Translations under genes and position numbers: made by a program | Assembly (NCBI GenBank): GCA_024704765.1 | Contig: JAKMXF010000221.1 | Location: forward strand, 310,001 to 374,000 | DNA from: Oopsacas minuta | Taxonomy: Eukaryota; Animalia; Porifera | Direction: 5' to 3' | Length of the DNA: 64,000 bases | Notes under the pieces: generated by a model | What the model was told of the DNA's origin: nothing | Database searches by the model: none | The model's input: only the letters and a program-made list of their open reading frames with translations | In this document: piece after piece, positions 11,901 to 22,739 of the stretch | How the letters are laid out: every line of letters starts with the position of its first letter | How positions within the stretch are numbered: position 1 is the first letter of the stretch

Positions 11901-14900
11901 TATCTTCGTATTCAATAAGAGTAGTAGGGTATCTATAGTTTTCTTCTATCTTATACACCTAGATTAATTAAGACCTATTTTGAATTAATATTCTCTTATT
12001 TTCACCAAAAGTATGGAATACCTTGCTTAGATGTGTCTTCTCCTTTCTTTTAGTAACCCTCATTACAGCTGAATGGAATAGACACCCAAACGTAGCCTCA
12101 CTCCATCGCAGGTATTGACATAGTTCATGTCTAATCACATACTTCCTGTACTGAAGAGTTGGGAAGTAGTAGAATTTGAGTTTTGTTGGTGGATCATTTG
12201 TATCGATTCTTGTAGTTAATACCTCAGTTGGGGTAGTAATTGTATTTGCCTTTCTTGTTGATGTGGTTGATATTGTTATAGGCGATGGTGTAGTTATTTT
12301 GGGCATAGTAGTTGGTGTAGAAGACTGCGCCTCTCTATTTTCTAACAATTCTGAGTTTAAATACTTTAACTTTTGCTTGATAAGATTCCCAACCTATTGA
12401 AAATAATATTACTCATACAATTAGTGCTTTATCAGCACAAAAAATGAACTGTTACCTCATGGTAAGGGATGAGATATGCTATGGGAACACTCCTACTAAC
12501 ACCTTGAGCGTACAATGCATTCATTTCGGCTTGATCTGCTAGAATTGTAGTAAAGCACTGATGCATAGTTTGGTAGGAAATAGCTAAGAAGTCAGCGGTA
12601 GGAAGTGCTAATGCAAAATATCCCTTTCTATCAGGAAGCATGTACTGCTTGGGTGCATATCGTGTTATCAGCATTGGTTCTCCTGCATGCTGTTTATACA
12701 GAGTCTGTACATATTTGGCCATTTCTTCGCTGTCTCGAAAAGCCTGTTAAAATCGTCAATCATATAATCGTGTTTTTTAAGGGAATTATATTTGAAATAT
12801 TTCACATTACCTGTGAGCCAGGTGGGTATACACTCAGATAAGCGTATATAGTATAGAGAATAGAGTGAGCGAAGCTGTTTAGACCAAGATAGAGATTCTT
12901 CTTCAAACTTGTTTTAATCTCCAGTATAGTTGGGAATTTCTTTTTCTCAAGAGGAAATTTGAGTCCAGTGGGGGGGAGGAGAAAGGAGAAGAGTAGAACT
13001 CGTGAGTTAGAGTCTCTGTAACTCTCTAGGGCTTGATAGAAGTTTGTTAGTTGTTTTTTCTTCTTTATTTTACTGTAGTATGTTGTATATGAATCTTCGG
13101 CAGTAGCCGTGTTTTGAGATGTCAGATCAACTAAAGTAAACAAATTCTTAAATTTAGTAATTATTCTCTACAATTCCTGACACACCTATTTCTTCTCTTA
13201 ACAACTCTCTTAGCTTGCTTGTTATTAACTGTTTCAGTTTAAGAGCATCTCTCCCAATAAATGATCTAAGTTGATGCATCTTTATTGCGCTATCCAGCAT
13301 CAGCTCCATGTCTTTAACTAGCTCATTCAGTGACGTGTACCAACTAATCTTATTAATGTTAGTAGCTATAGTGTTTATATCTGGGGGTTTCCTAGGGAAA
13401 TGTCCGTATATTAATATTACTCTAATTCTACAACCATTATTAACATACTAACTTATAGTCAGTGCTTGTTTGATGCATGTCTAGGAAATGACTACACAAG
13501 TGATTGCCCTCTGAATCCTTCTGTGAAGTTATGTAGTTGTATAAAGCAAATTGTTTAGCGAGGTCTCCCTCTACACTCACCAGAGGAGGCGGTTGTAACA
13601 CTTCTAAGTGGTAGGGGATCTTAAATCTCATACCTGAGGATCTGTTATTAATATCTGGTACATTCTCTGGGGTAGAGCTGTAGCTGGGATATTTCTCTAA
13701 TGGTTGTTGTGTGAATGAAGAGAAATGAGAGAGTGATTGATTTTCCAGATTCTGGAGGATAGAGATTGTAGCCAAATGTTTATAATCAATTGTCACTTTA
13801 TTATTATTTTTCAATACCTTAAAACTGCTCATAGAACTCTGAGGGGGACTAGTAGGTCCAGATAAGGTACCAGTATTACCAAATTCTTCTAAAGTCCTCA
13901 TCATTAAGCGATTATTATTTCTCCTCGTGTTCCGCAGTATGTTCCTTATTTTTTTCCTAACTTCGTGTTGTTGTTCTGGATACTTTAAAGTGGCCTGTCA
14001 AGCATGTATTAAATGAATAATCCTATTTCTAAATTATCTTATAGCTCTCTCACCAATTTGGCCACCATGTCTAAACTCTCCTTCTTCTGGCAATTAATAG
14101 GTGAATATTTGTCTAAATATTTATCAATCAGGAACCTTATATAATTTTCAAATTCTCCTCTCATTAGTGTTGTCCTAGTCTTCTTGGCAGGTGCAGATAA
14201 ATATCCAGGCTCTGATTCTTCTGATCGTATCTGTATTAGATCATCTGATGGAGAAGCTAATGATATGCCTTGTGTATCTACTGGAGTCAGCTGTGAGATC
14301 AGAGGACTTAATATGTTACTTATTGGGGTGTTTAATTGAGTACTTATTGGAGTCGAAACTTTACGAAAATCTTGCTTTTCCTGAATGAGGATAAGTAGTT
14401 TAATTATTCGTAAGGATTTAGGGTATATGTAATGTGCAACTCACTTCGTCACTTAGAATCACAATGGATGAGTTATTAGAACATGTTTTTAGATGCTGTA
14501 CTAGAAAATCCTGTCGATGCTTAGTCTTTACTTGACTCTGTGAGAGTTCTAAATCCATATCCATCTCTAATTTCCTATTTGAATAAAGGGGATATAGAAC
14601 TGATTCAAGTAAGCTATCTAGAGCTAAGTATTTCACAATTCCTGAATTGAAGACAGATTCTAATTCCACTACAAGTCCAATCATGTAGTATTTCCCGAGG
14701 TTCTGCAGCCTCTCTTCCATCAACAAGAACATGTGATTCATGTCCATAGATACTTGCATGAAGTTTGTATAACCTCCTTCTTCAGATTTCTCTTTTATAG
14801 GCATGAACTTGTGTGATATCAGTTCCTTTCCCATCACTGCTATTAGCTTCTTCATAATGTTTATTCCATCTGGTTGTGATGCGTTTTGTACCTAAAATTA

Positions 14901-15486
14901 CGTATCTATTTGGCCATTTTGATAAATACGCTTCTTATACTTATCCACTTATTACGTTTGTATTATTCTCTATTATTCTTTTATTATTGATTCGTATTCT
15001 TAGTCTTACCTCTTCAATTAGATTCTTGACTGCATTATGGAACAGTTCACCATCATGTTCAATCAGACTACTGTTCAGTGCTCCGCTATTCTTCAATCTA
15101 CTAGTTCTATCTATCTTCGCAGAAGTCCGTTTAGATTTCCCTAATCCTTTGATGTTGACTTTAGCATTCGTCGGCACCACTGATAGTTGGGCTGGATGTT
15201 TACTCGAATGAGGAAAGGAGAATACAGAAGGTTTGCTTGGACTAAGTTTGTCATTCTTTGGTAGTTTCTGTTTTACATAGTTATGTTCATTATTAATTGA
15301 GTGGTCCTTTTTTATTCGTTTGAGTTTTAATTTCTTGAATTTTTTTAGAGAACGTTTGGGAACTTTTTCTGGAATTACGGAGGCAGGAAGTGTGAATGGC
15401 TCTAAATCTACTGTTAGTCGCTTCATCACAAATACCGAGGGGAAATTTTGATTTATAAATTTTATTTCATTTCTATTAGAGGCCAT
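5916..15486 (-). CDS. About 2,900-aa, 15-exon protein: basic N-terminus, two degenerate polybromo-like bromodomains, then repeated HTH-like modules
   Basis: Every gap between the minus-strand ORFs is a short GT-AG intron that preserves frame, e.g. NNTN|VQNASQ, SDE|EKQD, AKL|ATLK, DYK|KPPD, PPGSQ|AFRD, PYHE|VGNL, LSK|VYKI, LQL|ALSE, QVG|DEAC, LQS|VTSS, ERM|VSPN, LRW|ASLD. Confidence 0.72.
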
Positions 15487-15799
15487 TTTCCTAACAAATT
15501 TGGGTGCCTATAAATTCTTCCATTATACTATTTATATAGGGTGACCAAGATAGATTTTATATGTTATGGTTTATTTACAAGTTGAATCCATAGTGTATCG
15601 TATGTAAAACAATATATTATCCCGATTTGAGTCAGTGTCTGCTTTATAGAGACCTTGCTTATATCATGCAATACATACCCGAGTCTTATCCTAGTTATAC
15701 TCATAACGAACGACGATACTAGTACACATAATTTCGCCCTTCATTTATCAATTTTTTAGTTATTTTTGGCCTTGGTGCTAATAATAATCTGCTTAGTTT
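15487..15799. promoter_or_regulatory. Probable bidirectional promoter between the bromodomain gene and LIG1
   Basis: 313-nt gap between head-to-head ATGs; contains TGAGTCA (about 15628) and E2F-like TTTCGCCC (about 15732). Motif function is not demonstrated. Confidence 0.4.
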
Positions 15800-18493
15800 A
15801 TGTTTGGCCTTAGATGCCTTCGAAGAATATTAAAATTCAATCACTCAATTCAAAGTCCTTACTGTTATTACAGAATGTCGTTTGTTAGTATCAAGTCTTT
15901 CTTCAAACCCCTAGCTGCCCTTGATCCTCCTCAACCCTCCGCCTCCCCTGATAAGGTGCCTGTTATGGAGTCCCCTTCTCTGGAGTTAGGAGCTTCTCCG
16001 ATCCTCTCAGGAAATGTTTGTAAACGGTCGAAAGAGCTCAGTGCTGACCTGCCACTGCTCAGAGGGAGGAAGAGAAAGGTCAGAGCCAGATTACTGGAGA
16101 GTGATTCTGAAGAAGATATCCCTGATAATACTACAGATAATGTTGTGGATAGAAAGCTAGCTAGAGTAAGACCTGAACACAAACCTGATTCAAAGCTTCT
16201 TGAAGCTAAATTTGATAATTTCAGGAGTCCTGATACTAATAAATCAATGGTAGCTAGTCCAATATCTGCTAGTGTTATATCCAGTCCAAAAATAACTCCA
16301 GGTCTGAATGGGACATTTGATAAATTCGAGGAGAACAGTCTTAAGAGACTGAAGATTAGCGGTACTACTGTTATTCCTGTGACTCCAACCTCACCTCTTA
16401 TAGAGAGAGAATTAATGGATACTTGTGAGCAGGATATAGCCATTGAATCTCCTGTTCCCAAAACTAAATGCAACCCAATCTCTAAGAATACTCACACTCC
16501 AGAAGCTAAGAATTCCTCTCCTTCTATTTCCCATCCTCACATAGTCTCTAAGTCTAATTACTACCCTGATCAGAGGGATTATCATCCTGTAGACAGTGCA
16601 TGTTGGGAGACAAAGACTCCTATTCCCTATCTAGCTCTAGCTCGGACTTTCCAAGCGGTGGAGAGTAACTCATCTCGACTTCGCATACAATCAATTCTCT
16701 GTAACTATCTACGATCTGTTCTAGCCTTATCTTCCCCACAGGAGCTAATATGTAGCGTCTATCTAACTCTGAACCGTCTGGGTCCTGCCTGGAGAGGAGA
16801 GGAACTGGGTGTAGGGGAGGGGGTGCTGATACGAGCTCTGGTACAAGCAACTGGTCGTTCCCAGAAAGCGATTAAAGATGAGCTTTATAAAGTTGGAGAT
16901 ATCGGTCTGGTAGCAGAATCCAGCAGATGTACTCAGAGAATGATGTTTAAGCCCTCTGCACTAACAGTAGAAGCTGTATTCTCTAAGCTGCAGGAAATCG
17001 CTCGTTTCACTGGCTGCTCTAGTCAACAGAAGAAAGTTGAAAAGATATCTGCTCTCCTCGTAGCATGCAGAGACACAGAGACTAGGTACTTAATACGGGG
17101 TTTGTCTGGTAAGCTACGGATACGTTTACAAGAGCAGACCGTCCTCACATCTCTAGCTCATGCTGTCTGTCTGCATGAAATGGAGAGGTCGGGGAAATGT
17201 GCTAAAGGAGAGGAGTTGAAAGAGAAGATGGATACTGCTGTACAGACATTGAAGAGTGTGTATTGTGAACTACCAGATTATGAAAGAGTTATTCCCGCTC
17301 TCCTAGAGCAAGGATTGGAAGCATTACCAAAGTTCTGCTGTCTTACTCCAGGTATACCACTCAAACCTATGCTAGCACAACCTACTAAGGGACTAAGTGA
17401 AATATTCAAGCGTGTAGATCAGGCCGCTATTTCATGTGAGTACAAATATGATGGAGAGAGAGCACAGATACACGTCATAGCTCCTGGTAAAGTTAGAATA
17501 TTTTCACGTAATCAAGAAGATATGACAGATAAGTTTCCTGATGTCATAGATAGACTGCCTCGACATCTGGGTAATAACGTGGCGTCATGTGTACTTGATT
17601 CTGAGGTTGTAGCTAGAGATACAGAAAAGAATCAGAAACTTCCTTTTCAGGTTTTAACCACTAGAAAGCGTAAGGGAGTTAGTTTAGAAGAGATTAAGGT
17701 ACAGGTCTGTGTATACGCGTTTGACTTGCTTTATCTTAACGGAGAGAGTTTAGTGCACGAATCATTCCGTAGAAGAAGTAAGATAATGAGAAATAGCTTT
17801 AAACCAGTTGATGGAGAGTTTGTATTCTCAGAACAGAAGATAACTAGTTGTACTGAGGATATACAGGCATTCTTTGAGGGTTCTCTTAAAGATCAATGCG
17901 AGGGATTAATGATAAAGACTCTAGATCATAATGCTACCTACGAGATCAGCAAGAGGTCCTTCAACTGGCTTAAACTCAAGAAGGATTATCTAGATGGGAC
18001 AGGAGATACACTGGACCTAGTAGTAGTGGGAGCATATCAGGGTACTGGTAAGCGTACAGGTAACTACGGGGGGTTCCTACTAGCTTGTTACGATCCGGAC
18101 AGTGAGGAGTATCAGGTCATTTGTAAGACAGGAACTGGTTTCTCAGATGCTCAGCTAGAAGCTCAGTATAATATCCTCAAACAACACGTTATACCTATAC
18201 CTAAGCCCTATTACAGTTTGGGAACATGTCCTGCTCCAGATGTGTGGTTTGATTCTAACTACGTTTGGGAAGTGAAAGCAGCTGACTTCTCTCTTTCCCC
18301 GATATACCCAGCTGCTGCTGGGTTAGCAGATCGAGAGAGAGGGATCTCTCTTCGATTTCCTAGATTCATTCGTGTGCGAGAGGATAAGACCCCAGAGGAC
18401 GCGACTACTTCAGAACAAATAGCTCACATGTATCGCAGTCAGCAGTCAGTATCTGGTATTATAACCTCTACGACAGGAGAAGACTACTATTAA
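15800..18493 (+). CDS. LIG1: DNA ligase I, intronless
   Basis: PIP-like SIKSFF, adenylation motif CEYKYDGERAQIH, EGLMIK, WLKLKKDY, SLRFPRF. Confidence 0.97.
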   Translation: MFGLRCLRRILKFNHSIQSPYCYYRMSFVSIKSFFKPLAALDPPQPSASPDKVPVMESPSLELGASPILSGNVCKRSKELSADLPLLRGRKRKVRARLLESDSEEDIPDNTTDNVVDRKLARVRPEHKPDSKLLEAKFDNFRSPDTNKSMVASPISASVISSPKITPGLNGTFDKFEENSLKRLKISGTTVIPVTPTSPLIERELMDTCEQDIAIESPVPKTKCNPISKNTHTPEAKNSSPSISHPHIVSKSNYYPDQRDYHPVDSACWETKTPIPYLALARTFQAVESNSSRLRIQSILCNYLRSVLALSSPQELICSVYLTLNRLGPAWRGEELGVGEGVLIRALVQATGRSQKAIKDELYKVGDIGLVAESSRCTQRMMFKPSALTVEAVFSKLQEIARFTGCSSQQKKVEKISALLVACRDTETRYLIRGLSGKLRIRLQEQTVLTSLAHAVCLHEMERSGKCAKGEELKEKMDTAVQTLKSVYCELPDYERVIPALLEQGLEALPKFCCLTPGIPLKPMLAQPTKGLSEIFKRVDQAAISCEYKYDGERAQIHVIAPGKVRIFSRNQEDMTDKFPDVIDRLPRHLGNNVASCVLDSEVVARDTEKNQKLPFQVLTTRKRKGVSLEEIKVQVCVYAFDLLYLNGESLVHESFRRRSKIMRNSFKPVDGEFVFSEQKITSCTEDIQAFFEGSLKDQCEGLMIKTLDHNATYEISKRSFNWLKLKKDYLDGTGDTLDLVVVGAYQGTGKRTGNYGGFLLACYDPDSEEYQVICKTGTGFSDAQLEAQYNILKQHVIPIPKPYYSLGTCPAPDVWFDSNYVWEVKAADFSLSPIYPAAAGLADRERGISLRFPRFIRVREDKTPEDATTSEQIAHMYRSQQSVSGIITSTTGEDYY

Positions 18494-18619
18494 CTAATGT
18501 AATGCTATTATGTAGCTTGTATTATTTGGTGTAATCTGTCTGCTCATTATTAGTAGATAAATCTATTATTTTAATTATGTTTATACTTCATTGTTGTATG
18601 AATTCTATTAGAATATATA

Positions 18620-19222
18620 ATGCCCCCTAAAACAACTTCCAAGGCCCCCGCTAAGCCCAAGTCTGCCGCCCAAAAGGCTCAAGAAACTCAATCCAAGAAA
18701 GTAACTAAAACTACTAAACCAGCTGAGAAGAGCAAGATAGACACGACTAAGATAAAGAAGGTCTCTTATAAGAAAGGACTCTCTAAAAGTAAACAAATGA
18801 AATCTGCTCTAAAAGCTAAGAAAGCAGTCAATAAGGGTGTACATGGTGTCAAAAAACGCAAGATAAGAACTTCTATCAAATTCTACCGTCCCAAAACCCA
18901 GAAGCCTCCGAGAAGACCTAAATACCCTCGTATAAGTAGTCAGGGTTTGAAGGAGTTGAAGTTTGATCACTACGCTGTGATAAAGTATCCTCTTACTACA
19001 GAGACTGCAATGAAGAAGATAGAAGACAACAACACACTTGTATTTATAGTAGATCCTAAAGCTAACAAGCCTGGCATCAAGAAAGCTGTGAAAAAGCTCT
19101 ACAAGATCAATCCTATCAATGTTAATACACTGATGCGACCTGACGGGACTAAGAAGGCTTACGTGAAGCTGAATCAAGCTGAGGACGGTCTGGAGATTGC
19201 TAACAAGATAGGAATTATTTAG
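18620..19222 (+). CDS. RPL23A: 60S ribosomal protein uL23 (L23a) with Lys/Ala-rich N-terminal extension
   Basis: [41 protein letters not shown]. Confidence 0.96.
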   Translation: MPPKTTSKAPAKPKSAAQKAQETQSKKVTKTTKPAEKSKIDTTKIKKVSYKKGLSKSKQMKSALKAKKAVNKGVHGVKKRKIRTSIKFYRPKTQKPPRRPKYPRISSQGLKELKFDHYAVIKYPLTTETAMKKIEDNNTLVFIVDPKANKPGIKKAVKKLYKINPINVNTLMRPDGTKKAYVKLNQAEDGLEIANKIGII

Positions 19223-19358
19223 CTCTAGTTGTGTTTTATACTTTAGCATTCTAGTTGTGAATTAGATCGTATTAGTTATATACAGATATATTATTAATTA
19301 GCAGGAAATTTATTACGCATAATATTTATCTGATGTATATTAACTCTGACATCAGTTA

Positions 19359-22300
19359 ATGCTGTGTTCACACAGATTAGCTGTGCGTGCAATACAACAT
19401 GCAATTAGACGGCAGCTCCCTTCTGTTCCTCGCTTCTCTTCCAGTCTTCACCCAAAGATTACAACTCACTACACAATACATCCCCGGGGGGCTGACAGCA
19501 GATGGAAGGAGGTTGATATGGAGAGAGTATCAGAGGACTATGATGTAGTTATAGTCGGGGGAGGTCCTGCCGGTCTGAGTGCCGCTATCCGACTGCAGCA
19601 ACTAGCCCAGAAAGGGGGAGTGGAAATGAGAGTTGTTGTTGTAGAGAAAGCTTCAGAACTTGGGAATCACACTCTTTCTGGTGCTTGTCTCGAGCCGAGA
19701 TCTTTGTTTGAACTCTTCCCTGACCTTACAGAGGTTCCTCTGGGTACCCCAGTCACTGAGGACAAGTTCTCTATCCTCACACCTACCTCTAGGATCCCTG
19801 TACCAATACTACCGTTAGTTTATATGTCCTTGTTATGTTACAGTTAAAGTTAACTCTATCATATTTGTAGATTCTTTCCAATGAATAACCACGGTAACCA
19901 GGTAGTAAGATTAGGACATTTCGTGAGATGGCTAGGACAGAAGGCTGAAGAGTTAGGAGTAGAGATATATCCGGGAATAGCCGCTAGTGAATTACTGCTA
20001 CATGAGGATGGTAGTGTTAAGGGTATAGCTACAGCCGATGTAGGAATTCATAAAGACGGATCTCCAAAAGAATCATTCGAGAGAGGAATGGAATTAAATG
20101 GAAAAGTAATTTATACAAATTATTTTAATGTTTTTAGTAATTATAATTATTTATTTTTAGGTGACATTATTCGCAGAAGGGTGTCATGGACACCTCGCTA
20201 AACAACTGTATAACAGATTCTCCCTCAGATCAGCCTGTCAACCGCAGACATATGGACTGGGACTGAAGGAGCTCTGGAGAGTAGAGTCAGGACAACATCA
20301 TGCTGGAAGAGTTGAGCATACTCTAGGATGGCCTCTGGATAGATCTACTTATGGAGGATCATTTATATACCATCTGGGAGAGGATGATAATACAGAGGCT
20401 AATCTGGTGGCTATGGGTTTTGTAGTAGGACTAGACTACTCTAATCCCTACCTCAGTCCCTTCCAAGAGTTCCAAAGGTGCATATGTGTAGTTAAGGTCA
20501 TTAACCAACTATTTCTATAGAATATTATTTTAGCATATTTTAGATTCAAATTACACCCTTACGTTAAGCGGATATTAGAAGGAGGAGAGAGACTCTCTTA
20601 TGGAGCTAGAGCTCTCAATGAAGGAGGGATACAATCTCTACCTAAGCTAGCATTTCCTGGAGGAGCTCTAATTGGGTGTAGTCCTGGGTTCATGAATGTT
20701 TCTAAAGTGAAGGGTACACACACAGCAATGAAAACAGGCATGCTAGCTGCTGAAACAGCTTTTGAGGTTATTTCTAATTCTACATCCACTACTAATACAG
20801 GATTGTATCTGGAAGATTATGAGAATAGAGTGAAGGGTAGCTGGGTTTGGGATGAGTTATTCGCTGCCAGAAATGCACGTCCCTCCTTCTCCACATCTCT
20901 AGGCGTGTATGGAGGTATCCTATACACTGGAATATCCTCTCTTATAAAAGGGAGAGAGCCATGGACATTGAAACACCATGGGGCAGATTCTAATAGTATT
21001 AAACCCAAGACAGAGTGCAAACCTATAGGTTAGTTGATTGATATGACGTCTTGATATACTTATAATATTTCTTAATCAGATATGTATTGAAACACATGAT
21101 AATATTTTATTAGAATAAAATAGTGACTTTTATATAGAAAAGTAAGTAATGCAGAAATAAAATTTCCGTCAATTCATATCCCTGTCAGCTTTTCCCATCC
21201 ATCTCCACTCACAGATAATTACACCGGCTCTCTGCATGCCGTATAGAATCCCGAAGTTGCCGAGAGTGAACAACACAAATTCAATTTTAGACAAATAATT
21301 GAACATTGGGTACACCCAGAAACCTGCATAGTACTTTACCCATACAAGTAGCCCCATGTATATCGTCAGTAATGAAGCTACTATAATAGTTTCTGCTATT
21401 ATCCCAGATGTCCTGAAGTGAGGTATCGCTAACATATCCACTAGTATCAATAACAGTATAACCGTGTGAATACAGTGGTTCATTAAGCTGGGTATGTAGT
21501 CATCCATGTAGCTAGGATAGATCAGTTCTCTGTTAACTGCTACTATTATCCAGAATAGAACTGATATAAATACGCCCAGCGGGAATACGATTGAGGTGAA
21601 TAGGAATTCACATAACCTCCTGAGTCCCATATAGCGTGTGAGGTGTGCCAGTAGAGATAGAATGAAATATGTTGATTGTATTATTATGTTAAAAACTGTA
21701 CCAAACTTATATTTTCCACAGTACGTGCCCAGATTAGTCAAGGTTAGAACTTCAGTAGAATTTGGTAGAGCGCGGATTGCATCCATGATTCGTTCATTGT
21801 AGAAATATAGCCATACATAATAGTATGTGCATAACCCATAGAAGAGGACGCCCCATCCCCATCTAATCTTAGTATGCTGCGTATGGTAAGATCCCTGTTT
21901 CTGACTCATGTTATTTCCCGTATATACCATTCTTTTGAACACTCAGCTATTTATGTCCACCAATGAATAGATTTAATAGATTAATATATGCCTAAGTATT
22001 CAACACATTATTGCTACCTAGCACGTGATGATACACTGCAAGATAGCCAGCTAATCATGGCGGGTGTTCTTATACATTAAAAAAACTCATCGTGTCGTTA
22101 ACAATACTCACCTCATTAACATGGCCAAAATGATATCGGGACTTTAATAATTTTCATTTAGATTACCCAAAGCCAGACGGTAAGATTACCTTCGACTTGT
22201 TGTCTTCTGTTGCATTGACTGGTACTAATCATAACCATGACCAGCCTCCGCATCTCACACTGAAAGATGATACTGTGCCTGTACAGAAGAATTTGAATAT

Positions 22301-22499
22301 GTATGGAGGACCAGAGCAGAGGTTCTGTCCTGCTGGAGTATATGAATTTGTCCCTAGAGAAGATGGAGAGGGAGAGAGATTGCAGATTAACGCACAGAAT
22401 TGTATTCACTGCAAAACATGTGACATTAAGGATCCTAGCCAGAATATTAACTGGGTAGTACCTGAGGGAGGAGGGGGACCTGCTTACAATGGTATGTAA
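19359..22499 (+). CDS. ETFDH: ETF-ubiquinone oxidoreductase, 5 exons; last intron 21029-22161 hosts an antisense gene
   Basis: FAD motif [22 protein letters not shown], 4Fe-4S motif FCPAGVYE...[11 protein letters not shown]; junction KPI|DYPKPDG in frame. Confidence 0.97.
21169..21942 (-). CDS. AIG1/ADTRP (FAR-17a) family FAHFA hydrolase, intronless, nested in ETFDH
   Basis: [10 protein letters not shown] (catalytic Thr position), RELIYP, NHCIHT (catalytic His position), WVYP; six TM segments. True start uncertain. Confidence 0.85.
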   Translation of the reverse strand: MFKRMVYTGNNMSQKQGSYHTQHTKIRWGWGVLFYGLCTYYYVWLYFYNERIMDAIRALPNSTEVLTLTNLGTYCGKYKFGTVFNIIIQSTYFILSLLAHLTRYMGLRRLCEFLFTSIVFPLGVFISVLFWIIVAVNRELIYPSYMDDYIPSLMNHCIHTVILLLILVDMLAIPHFRTSGIIAETIIVASLLTIYMGLLVWVKYYAGFWVYPMFNYLSKIEFVLFTLGNFGILYGMQRAGVIICEWRWMGKADRDMN

Positions 22500-22739
22500 A
22501 GTGATTCAGAGATTTATATAGATTTAGTTATGCAAATACTATCAAGTACTCAATTAATGGTTATTAATTAATTGACAAATATTCTTTTATTCGTATATTT
22601 CAAGTCTACAGTTCAGGAGGTATTTTAATGGTAGAAATATCTTTCCTGAATTAGTAGTTTGTATTTAGAGTTTTATCTCTCAAAATATGTAAGCGTTTAG
22701 AACATATCATTTGAGCTATTAACTTATAGATTAGGTAGA

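Noticed and set aside
5916-15486. Endogenous virus or Polinton cassette suggested by co-directional orphan ORFs
   Set aside because: The ORFs are joined by canonical frame-preserving introns, and no integrase, polymerase, capsid, packaging ATPase or terminal repeats were seen.
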